The position numbers and the translations under genes were made by a program. 64,000 nt of DNA from Aplysia californica (taxonomy: Eukaryota): positions 867,369 through 931,368 of the forward strand of contig NW_004797272.1 in NCBI RefSeq assembly GCF_000002075.1, given 5' to 3'. The notes under the pieces are model-generated. The model was not told the origin of the DNA, made no database searches, and saw only the letters and a list, made by a program, of their open reading frames with translations. The number at the start of each line of letters is the position of its first letter. Positions within the stretch are counted from its first letter, which is position 1. Positions 1 to 11,300 of this stretch are shown here, one piece after another.

Positions 1-1855
1 TATATTACTATTACCATTATTATTATCATTATTAGCATATTGTTCTCATTATTATTATCATTACCATTATTATTATTATTATTTTTATCCTTATTATCAT
101 AACTATGTGTCCGCTAGTCCTTAAAGAGATTATTGTGCAGTAGATGGGCTGTCATCTACTCACACTCACAGCCAGCTTTCTGGGCCCCGATTCAACAGAT
201 GCAGATTTGGATAATGGTAGAGCTGAATTAGACAAAAAGGAGCAGACCACACAATAGTGTCCATCAGCCATAATGCTGTTATTCCTTAGGTTTATCGCAG
301 GTGTGTCTGACAGCCCCAGCGTAAAAGGATACACCGTAAGCTGACAAAAAGCCCTTTTTCGTTTTGACACGGAATTTTTTTATTTCCTCAATCAAAAGCC
401 TGATTAGAATTTAGATCTAGGTACCCCGGTATCCTACTAGTGTGGAAAAAAACAAAGTGAAAGTGTGACTAGACTTAGTTTTTGAATAAATTAGAATTCA
501 AATTTCGGGAGAACGAGATTTTTAAATGGAAACTGCTGTGAATGAAAAAGTGTTTTGTCAACTATGCTGTGTGAACCTAAATGCAGATAGACATGCCAAA
601 AATGTCAGCACGTAAAATCACGTACCATACTTTAGCACTTAGTACGCTTTCAAGCATGTCAACATGCGGTTATAAACATCTTTAAAATGTTAACAAAAAT
701 GTAGCCACCACACATTTACATATATATGTACATGTACAGGCGGGTGAATGTGCAACTATGTAATATGGCTTTGGAAAACCATCCACTGTTTGGCAATATT
801 CTAAATTTGTGTTGAATTTGTTTTTTTATTGATTCATTTCATTTTGTTGTTTTTTGCTGTTACTGTTGTTGTTGTTTTGTATTTCCAAATTATATGAATA
901 ATGTTGGCCTATACCATGCTCATGCAAAATCTCCAAAAAGTACTATCAGCATCCCACATTAAAAAGTCTTTTCATACATGTACACTACATCTGTATAATA
1001 TGGGATTTACCTGTACCAGTAAATGTACTAAGTATAAACTAAAGTACCACTCTCGGTGCTTTTCATTATCATGTCCCCTATCAAAGTCAGTTTAAATTCA
1101 CCAATCAGGCCACTCCTTAGTTTGAATTTAATATATTTTTAAGTTTAAAAACTTCAAAAGGTTAAAAATTACCTGTATCGGTTGGACCTGAGGTCACTTT
1201 CTGAGAGCATTAAAAGAAAGTTAATGTTACATCATTTCCCAAAGGAGGAATAAGAGAAAAACAGGAGGACGTTGGGTTAGTTTGACATGTGTGCAAGGCT
1301 GTACTCAGAGAACAAAACTAGTCCTTAACCTACTTCACTGTCACTGTCAGCATGACAACGCTTTGGGTTGTACTCTTGGACAAGCCTGGCAGTGAAGGGG
1401 TTAATATTAATAATAATAAACAAAATACATATTTTTCTATTTTTTGTCTTCCTTCTGAATTGTACTTTAAGATAACTGATTCCTCATCACCCAGTGCCTT
1501 ACAATTACTGTATACTAATTGAATATTTGGAGTTGAGCAAGATCAGACTTCTACACTTGAGCCACGACCAACTATTTACCCTGTCCAGCTATAGATATAA
1601 GACAGACTGTTGGTACGGTATATCCTTTGAAGATTTTTTTGCTAGAGACAAGTCATAAAAGATAACAAAACTGTTTTAAAAATCTGTACCCTGCCGTCTG
1701 TAAATGGTACTTTTTAACCTGGACAGCAGAGTTGTGTTTTGTGATCAGTGAAAGCAACAAAAAGAGATGTCTTTTTGGTTCTGCCTCAAAAGTAGGCTCC
1801 CACAACAGATAACTGAAGGCCATTTTTCACATGCAACCACAAAAATATTTGAGTA

Positions 1856-2659
1856 CAGTGGAGTCCACTTATAACGAGTCCGGAAAAAACGAGAAGTCTG
1901 TTATAAAGACACGATTCTAAAACCCCGCTTTTTTCTCTTCTTTACCTTTGTAAATAAAATACTGCTATAGCGCTATCAGACATACACGCGAGTCATTTAT
2001 AGCGGAATATAGCTTCTGCTGTGCACAGTGCATGGGCCAATTATACATAAAGTAAAACCTCGCCAGTTGAGAAAGTTGTTGGTGATCTAGCGAAACAAAG
2101 AATGGGAGAGCCCATGTGTGCCAACAATGAAGGCTAGAGCGACTGAGCGGGGAGGGTGTGGCATGCGCAAACAAGACGAACGCATCGCATGATAGGCCTA
2201 GTTTAGATTATAAAGGCCTACCATGCCTCTCACTTCTCCGATGCAGGGATGGAGAGGTCACAGTGCTGTGATGGATGGAGCGAATATATGACGTGCGCAA
2301 GCAGAAGAGGGCACCACAGGGCGGGGGTTGGGGGGGTGGGGGAAACACAGTGGGCGAGTTAGCCCAGAGCCCTTTCTTTCTGATCGCCAACGCTGAGCTG
2401 TAAGTTCACATCGCTAGATCTAGCACTAGAGAAAGAAACCTGATTCAATTTTTGATCAAGTAAGACCTAGAGGTCATGTTGAAACAAAATCATCATCAGG
2501 GGAGATAGCAAAAGGAAATAAACAGAACACCAAACTCATAGATTAGGCCTACTTTATAGTTTCCCTTGAATTTATTACTGGATCCCTTATAGCGAAAATC
2601 CTGCTATAACGGACATTTTGCTCCGGTCCCCTCCCTCTCGTTATAACAGGATTCCACTG
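1856..2659. mobile_element. Tc1/mariner (pogo/Tigger-like) non-autonomous MITE
   Basis: TIRs CAGTGGAGTCCACTTATAACGAG ... CTCGTTATAACAGGATTCCACTG flanked by TA on both sides. Confidence 0.8.
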
Positions 2660-3481
2660 TAAAAGCCTCTGAAGATGCATTCTTTCCTTGAACCATTAGA
2701 AAAAACAAACAAACATTCTTGAGCAGTGCAACAATTATGGTTAATAAGACATTCAGACAATCTTATTTGGAAGTGATTACCACACTTTTTCTATTTTAGT
2801 AGGTCTTTTTCATTAGAGTAAAATGTCTCATTATCTTTTGAATTTCTAAATTCAATATGAAAATAGAACATAGGTAATCATTAATTCGTATTCATATACA
2901 TCATCTCTCATCATCTCTTTATTGTAAAATAATCATGTTTGTTCCAAGCACATTTGATATATTTTTTTTAATTACCCAAACATGTGTTCAAAAAGAACAG
3001 GAAAAATAGAGTATAACAAGTATTTAAGACTGTAAGTACAAGCAAAACTATCTTGTTTAGTATTAGTTCTTCTATGGGCATTACATTGTCAAACTATTTT
3101 GTCAAGGTTTCAAACTCATTAAAATCTGGATTTATATTATATAATTTATATTATATAAATTACATGTACAGTGTACTCTTTAGGCTACCAAACAATTGAA
3201 ATTAATTCGTGCTCTGCATAAACAAGTTTTGGCCTGTCCTCTTCAAGAGCTACTTATCTCTAATACCACAGCTTTAAACTTGTGAGTGTCTGATAAATAA
3301 AATCAATGTGCTAGTTATTTTGAATCCCTTATATTGGTAACCACATTCTTAAGTTAAATAAAAACGTCTCCAATCATGAGAGCAGCTGTTGCTTGTATTC
3401 ATTTCATCCCTGGGGTTTTTTTTGTCATACTGCAAGTCTATGCATTCGAAGTGCAAAGAAAAGTTGAAGTTATTTCATGCA

Positions 3482-3575
3482 ATCATCATTGCCTTTCTCA
3501 CCCTAGATCAGGGTGCAGGCCACGAACAAACGTTTCCCATATTTCCCTTTCCAGGGCTATTTTTTCATGTACTGA
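3482..3575 (-). mobile_element. Old 3' fragment of an RTE-clade LINE
   Basis: The reverse complement (..GTTCGTGGCCTGCACCCTGATCTAGGGTGAGAAAGGCAATGATGAT) matches the 3' end of the RTE copy at 6400-6886. Confidence 0.6.
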
Positions 3576-3665
3576 CTGCATTAACCTGGTTTTCTGCGGG
3601 CAACATACAGGCTCAAGATCAGTGACCTGAGATATATTTCATACTTGTATACACCTGTGATACAG

Positions 3666-3859
3666 TACTGTACACCGAGGGTTTTTTTGTTTGGGTGCAA
3701 TCGCAAATATTCAAGACATTCGCAAAATGTTGAAACGGAAACCAGTGCAACGGAACGCATGGCACAGGGAGACTCAAATTGTAATTCACAACATTCACGA
3801 AATACTCAATAGGTAAAACTTTTTTTTAAAAGAGCATGTGAAAAAAAAGGTGTACAGTA
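3666..3859. mobile_element. Short MITE
   Basis: TIRs TACTGTACACC ... GGTGTACAGTA. Confidence 0.55.
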
Positions 3860-4660
3860 TGTATTCCCTTTGAGAGCGTAACATTTGTATTTGTTATTGT
3901 TTGAGATAAATGAATGGAATTTGATAACAAATAAACATGAATATCATTCCACATCCAATTCTCCAGGTTGAAACTTTATTCATTTCATATATCATATCAC
4001 AGCACATAATTTATATACAATATTCATTACTAAAAATACCTACTAAAGGTGGAAATATAGTTCACAATCACATGATATGTTTTTCATGAGATGACGCACA
4101 ATATACGTGCAGTGCTGAGAAACTGTTGCAACTTCATCACTCAGAACATCACTGCATTAAATGTCAACAGACTTAAGGCAGACAAAAAACTTATCAGTGA
4201 CTTTTTTTTTCATCAAACAACTAAATCACTCTAGTGGAGCAATCAGCACTATACTGTCACTGTCAAAGACTTGACACAAGGAATTGCAACTAGCTCTCTT
4301 CATAACTATTTTTAAAATATACATTATGAACAACCCTGTCATTCATATTAACTTAAGACAGACGAGATGAGAGAATTTTTGTGTGAAATTTAAACCATAA
4401 ATAAAGGACTGCACTCAGCAATATAACTAAAGAAAGCAAAATGGATTTCTCTTTAGCAACTTGAAATTTAACAGACTATCAGGATATTCAATCATTTTTT
4501 TAAAACATTTTTGTATTTTTAATTTCTCTATATCATCCTATCATATTGCAGCATAAAAAATATTTATTTTTTTATTATGTCCTGCCCAGGGCAAAGAGGG
4601 CAATACTATCAGTTAAAAGCTAATTAAGTAAAATCTATTCACTGAGTCTCCACATAGCGC

Positions 4661-5030
4661 ATACGAGTGTCCTTATGTGTTTACCCGAACTATGAAAGAA
4701 GTAAGATCGACTCTCACAATGCCACTTTTCTAAATAGACACCCTGGAAATAAACACTTTTGTCATCTTCGTTTGACCTCCATTCAAAAGTCCTTGAGCAT
4801 AATATGACCTCGGACGGGACTTAACAATTCCTCCACTACAATTATAGCATCTTCATCAATGTGAAAATGTTGTCCTTTGAGGACTTTCTCAGATTTGGGA
4901 AAAGGAAAAAATCAGAGGGTACTATATCCAGTGAATAGGGTGGATGTGGGAAAATTTCGTAGCCACAATGCTTTACTGTCTGAGTAGCTTATATGATTGC
5001 TCTGTGTGCTGGAGCGTTGCCGTGAGAACA
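4661..5030 (-). pseudogene. Degenerate mariner transposase C-terminal remnant
   Basis: Minus-strand translation HGNAPAHRA..*..CGYEIFPHPPYSLDIVPSDFFLFPNLRK(frameshift)LKGQHF matches the mariner HDNAPAH and PHPPYSPDLAPSD motifs; TACGAG-type terminus near 4661. Confidence 0.8.
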
Positions 5031-5365
5031 AGAGAAACTATCTTATAGTATTCAAGAACCACATTCACTAAAAATGCTCTCAAGTTCTCACTGTTCACTT
5101 CATCCTATAATCTTCAGGCACTGTCATTCAAGTAGCAAAATACACACACATCAAACTCTCCCTCATTAACTCAAATTTCCTCTTATTTGTTCATTCACAC
5201 ATTATCAGTACAAAAGTATAGACAACTATTGTCAGTGTCAGAAGAAAAACTCTCAAATCCATTTGACCTGCTTTACAGGGTGGGCAAAAAAAAAATTAAT
5301 AATGACTTATTTTTGTTGTGACAGCGATGACGTATATATGTATATCTTTGAGTCATGTCACATCT

Positions 5366-8300
5366 TTATGATGCTATAACCTCCCACAGGCCTGAGATAG
5401 TGAAACCATCTTTCAACTTTTCAACTGCAAGTCCAAGTTCGTCAGAAAAAACGGGCTCTCTGTCTTTCTCCTTGTTACCATCTGCAAAGTATGCCTGTAA
5501 AAAAAAACCCAACAGGTTTTGTTTAGATTGTTATAAAGATTTGTAAGTGTTTGACAGATTGTGATGGTTTAGAACAAAGGCAACAACAACCTTACAGCAA
5601 ACTGACATGTTACTTTAACCAGACTACTTCATTTCACCATCTCATCATTACTTATTACTCCTCAAAACAGAATGACTTCCCAATTTCCATTCATTATAAT
5701 AATAATAATAGATAGCATTTGTATAGCCCATATCCCCGCTCAACAGCAGGCTCTATGCGCTTTACACTATATTATTACACCAGCAGACCGTAGAACACTC
5801 CGAAACATTCTCAGCTTCCCGGGGAGCATACAGTGCAAGCAGCTGATTAAGCGCTCAAACACTAACAAACTGACAAGATCTTTCCCTGTCTATAGCTGGG
5901 TACCCATTCCCACCTGGGTGAAGTGAGGAAAATTCGTGTAAAGTGCCTTTCCCAAGGACACAACGTCGGGCCCTTGACGGGATTCGAACCCACAACCTTA
6001 CGGTTGCGAGCCCGAGAGCCTAACCACTAGGCCACCGACGCCATTATATTGATCTGGCCTTTTTTTATTCACCTAATTTTTCCACATGAGGGGAAGGTAA
6101 ATAAATGCACTATACACCAAGAATTACAACCCTTTGAGAAGCGAGAAGTCCCGCACTAGCATCGAAACTCAGATGTATACATGCACAATTCACTAGTGTG
6201 TTCCGTCTCTGTATCTTTCCTCTTGTCTTTCTTTTTCTTCATTCATATCACAGGACCAAGCATTCTGTCTCTCAAATAACAAACTTGGAATGTTACTTTT
6301 AGGATACTACTTATTTTAACTCACACAACAATAACAATGAACCAAGTTATCAACCATTTGAAATTACTGACAAATATATCATAATATATGTATTCCAAAA
6401 AGCAAGCAACATCTCGCTGCTCACCAAGATTCGACTCTTTAACTCCAACGTCAAGTCTGTGCTCCTCTACGGCTGCGAAACTTGGAAGACAACGAAAACA
6501 GTACTGAATGAAGTCCAGACTTTCATCAACAGATGTATGAGGAGTATTCTAAGAATTAAGTGGCAGGATAGAATAAGAAATGAAGAACTGTGGGAAAGGA
6601 CAGGACAAAAGGATATAGAAGTAGAAATAGGACTAAGAAAGTGGCGATGGATGGGACACACCTTAAGAAAGCCCAGCGGAAACATCACAAGACCGTCACT
6701 GCAATGGAACCCACAAGGAGCACGAGGCAGGGGTAGGCCACGGGAAACATGGAGGAGATGCGTGGAAAGGGACATGAGAGAAATGAAGCTCACTTGGAAC
6801 GAGCTAGGAAGGATGGCTCAGGACAGAGATAAATGGAAGGAGCTTGTATGTGGCCTATACCCTGCCAGGGGTGAAAGGCATTGATGATATGTATTCCAAA
6901 CAATAAGAAAAAAAACCTGCCAAATTCATGAAATATCAGACAAGGCTAAACAACAAGTCATATGACAGACTATGACACAAAAACCACTATGAACTAACCG
7001 CAAAGGCATCAGTCTGTGAATCGTACTCCACTTCCACGTCATCCTGGATTGGTGCACGCGTGTTCTCCTCCAATGTCTGCGGCTGATGAAAGAACGCAAA
7101 GGCAGAAAATTTGAACTTTCATTTAGGTCTTCCTTTCAGAGTGGTTTTTGTTTAATTTCCATTTCATTATTGACGGAGGATATCTATAAAAATATTCTAT
7201 GCTGTATTTCAGTGGTTGATGGTTTTGTGGGAAGTTAATTACTAGCTGTGAATAGACCATCAACACAAAAGGATATTCAGTATTACGATATAGAAAACAA
7301 AGCAAGAAAAGAATAAAAAACAGAAAAGAAATAAGACCTCCTTCCAGTCTCTTTCAACCACAAGCAGATGTAACTGTCTAAGAGTATATCAAACAAGATG
7401 ATAGTGACGAAAACAAAAAATAAGCAAGTGTAAAGATACAGGCAAAGCCCTGAAACTAAACAAACACACATTTACGAAAAATAATTACTTTCAACACAGC
7501 CAAATATGAAGCATGCAGGAATGGACAAAACACACAATTTTCACTCTATAAATTTGGCATGAACTAGGCATAGTTAGACAAAGCAAGCTACTTGTAAGTA
7601 AATTCTTTCAAACTTTTCCATTTACATTCATAATACATCAGTTCAACTCATTTTGAGGGGCTAAGTTAATAAAAATGATAGTTGAACGACATAACATTTT
7701 TAAGCAAAGGTACAAAAAGAAGTTTTACGACTGCTAATGTTTTCAAGATCATGAACAGAGGGGTGAGCAAGTTTTGTTAAGTAGTATTTTTAAAAATAAA
7801 CAAAATAACATGTTCATACTTTCTTTTACAATTTTTTTTTCTATCAGTACCTTTTCATCCACCTCAAACTCGACACCAAATATGGGGCATGCACTGTACA
7901 CCCGATGCAAGTTTTGAATCATTTTGGCAGTCGCTTGAAGTTTTTCCATAGGATCAATCCTGAATCCAAGGACGTAACCACCACTCTGAAAAAAAACGCC
8001 CATGGATAAACTTACATATTACATGTGAGACATCATGGTGAAATCAGGCCCTCGTCAATATAATGAAATCAAAGATACCAGCATTTCAGTGTGGATTTTA
8101 CAGAAAAACATTCATTAAATAATTTAAAGCACAAAAATGATTTTCAGTTTACAAGGACTCTCAACCCATAGAAGTCACCAAACATTTGTAGCCATTTTCC
8201 CTCTTATTTTACCACTGAAATCAGGCAATCCCACTTCCTTCAATCGCAAATATATCTACTTCTATTCAATATAGATGGGAATTTTTTTTCGGCGAGAGAC

Positions 8301-11300
8301 AGACAACTGAACAAGCTTTAAAAAAACACTAATAACTCCAAATGTCAAAAAATTAACGTGCGCCTGATTCCACCGCAACATGACACATATGTCCACAAGA
8401 TATGTAATAGCTCAGTGACCGGCAATCCTGTGGCTGACTGACCAGCAAGGATTTTGACTGATCCTGATGCAAGAAAGGATAATTACATCTATTACAGAGT
8501 CTGGAAAAGTCTCAGTTCTAACCAACACACTAACTCATTCGCCTCAAAAAAAAGGAGGGGGGAGGTAACTTCTATTCAGTGAATGATGAGAACAAAAAGA
8601 TTCAATTTATAGAAGGCTTGACAAATTTGTTAAGCGGCATACTTCATTCTAATGGCTGGTCCTGGGACCTTCTTCAGTTCTTACTACAGAATTGACAAGG
8701 GAACCAAATTTACTACATAAGAACTTGAAGATACTCAGTATGTACTCATTATTTAACACGATGACTGAATGTTACAGTTTGCCAAACAAAACAAAAAACC
8801 ACACACACAACAAAGCTCTGACAGCTCAAAACTGAAAAAACACTCTGTCCAACTTGACTAAAGACTAATTTTAAAAAAGCTAAGAATCTTTTGAACAGGT
8901 CAAGAAATGTGTGCACTCACCATTGGTGTAGTTTCAACAACTAGAGCAATTCCAAACTTTGAGTCTCTGATTTTGACAGTTTTCTGAGGGAGTAAAAAGT
9001 AACAAGATTTAATTTAAGTGGACAAAATGCTTATAGATGAACTACAGTCTATTATCCTCAGTATACAAGTTAGAAAGCAATTTAGTAAAACGCCCACTGG
9101 CAAATTATATAAATTAATTCAAAAACTTACATATAGGTAAATGCATATATATACATACAAGCATACTTCTTTCTTCTCCTACACAATCAGAAACACATAC
9201 TTACAGACACAAACACATAACTGTGCGCACACACATAAACTCACTCACAGACACACATACACACAAACACACACATAAACATGAGAAGAATTTTATTGAG
9301 TATTTCTGTCTTACTTCTGGGACATTGTAGCCCTCACAGTCCAGAGAACTTACAGCAGGGTCGAAGCCTGCCTCCTATATGATCTACATTGTGTCAACAG
9401 GGGGATAAACCCAAATCTATTTTTTTTAAAGACAACTACAAGCACTAACTACATCAAAGTAAAAATAACCACTCACCATTTGCAAATAGGGGATGCTGAC
9501 ATTGAAAGATTCATTGATGTTTGCATGCCACATGAGCCTCACATTGGTGATGTAGAATGTGCCCAAGTTGCCCTGTGATCCAAATTTCAGTTATTAAAGT
9601 TAAAGCAGAAACATTAGCTGAGTAAGAGGGACTAAAGAGAAATTATTCTTTTAAAAGATTGCAGCAGACAGGTAAGATATGCTTAGAAAGTCAGGAAGAA
9701 AAACTACAAGTTAATTGAGAGATAAACAGGGATGTCAAAGTTATTTCAAAGTTTGAAAAATGGATAACTAGTAACTGATATTTTCATTATCTTGTAAATA
9801 AAACAATATGTAGAGGACTTGCTGGTAATGTTCATTCAAAGCCAACAACCAATTTTCAGATCTCTCCCACAGAGGGCTCAAGTGGTAGAACTATTAGGTA
9901 GCTCAGGTCTATGGATACAGTATTTAGGTGAGTGGTTGCTGAAGCACATCGCTGAGCAAGACCAGTTTACCCTCAGTAAAAGAAGAACGTCACTGTGCTG
10001 TAATATGTGGTAATTATGAAATATCAAAAATGTATTTATGTACAAATTGTTTTCGTAACTGTTGTCCAAATTTTTTAACCCTTCCAAATACAGAACAACA
10101 CGTACTTGGAATACCTCGAGTTTCCTGATGTGAATTCATCTGACCCAAAGCTGCACCTGTAATTGAGTTGCTAAGGCAAAGGATTATGATAATGGAGACC
10201 CTAGTTGGAAACCACTTGCAAACCAAGACTGTTAAATAAAATGCTCAACAACCTTTCCAAGAGAAGATACAGATGTTGATCCCAATGTCCAGTTCCTCAA
10301 TAACCCCAAATGAGCTGAAAAGAGTAAAAAAAATTATCAATACATTCAAACTTACTTGATCACTGGACAAGTTCCAAACTCCATTCACTTTGTCATAGAT
10401 TTGTTCTTGAGGCAGGAGCCTCACTTGCTTGTCTTTGATGAGCGCCCCACGCAGCTTGAGATCCCTGTACATCTTGGAAGTCTCGTAAGCTCTGAAGAAA
10501 TAACATCAAAAGAAAGGTTGGAGAGAAAATACAGATAGTAAAGAGGATCACACATAGGTACTGAACATTTTCACTTATCAGTTCTACTACAGGTCCTCAT
10601 AGAAGTCAGTTCTCCTCCACGAAGCATGTACAGTACATGCAAACATCTTGTCAAGGAAAATCAAACTTCATAGCTACATGCACTTTTAGAAAAAGGACTT
10701 ATGAATTGGAAACAGGACAACACCCGACCAAAATGCAGACCTAATGATGCAATGCTTAAAGTAGAGGAGTTAGAATCAGGTTGTGAAAGGACAAAATAGG
10801 CCATCCTACCTCCTCATACATATATACAAAAGAAGAAAAGGCTGAAAGCTCAACAGTTTTTCTTCGATTGTACAAATGTGTCGCGACACGATGGAATCAG
10901 GCGCTTTTCAATTTTCTATCACGTAGACTTATTAGTATCATCTAAAAGCCAGTTCATTTGCCTATCTTTCGATGAAAAAATGTCCATTTATCTTGAAAGA
11001 ATTTGAGATATTTGTGATTGAAAAAGGCGGGGTCGCCAGGTTTCAGAAGTAAAATTGGCGAAAAAATGGCCACTAAGGTTAGTGATTTCCAAAGCTGGAA
11101 AGTCCTTGGAAATGGAAAATTTACATTTTTGTGTCTTTAATCAATGTTTTTTAGAGAAAATCCACACATAAATGTGTTTTAAATGGACATAAACGGCGTT
11201 GAGCCAAAAAAAAGAAAATTTTAAAAAAATTGTCCAACAGCCATAAAAATGCCTTTTTCTATGATTTCATTATTTTGACAAGCGCCTGAATTCACCATGA

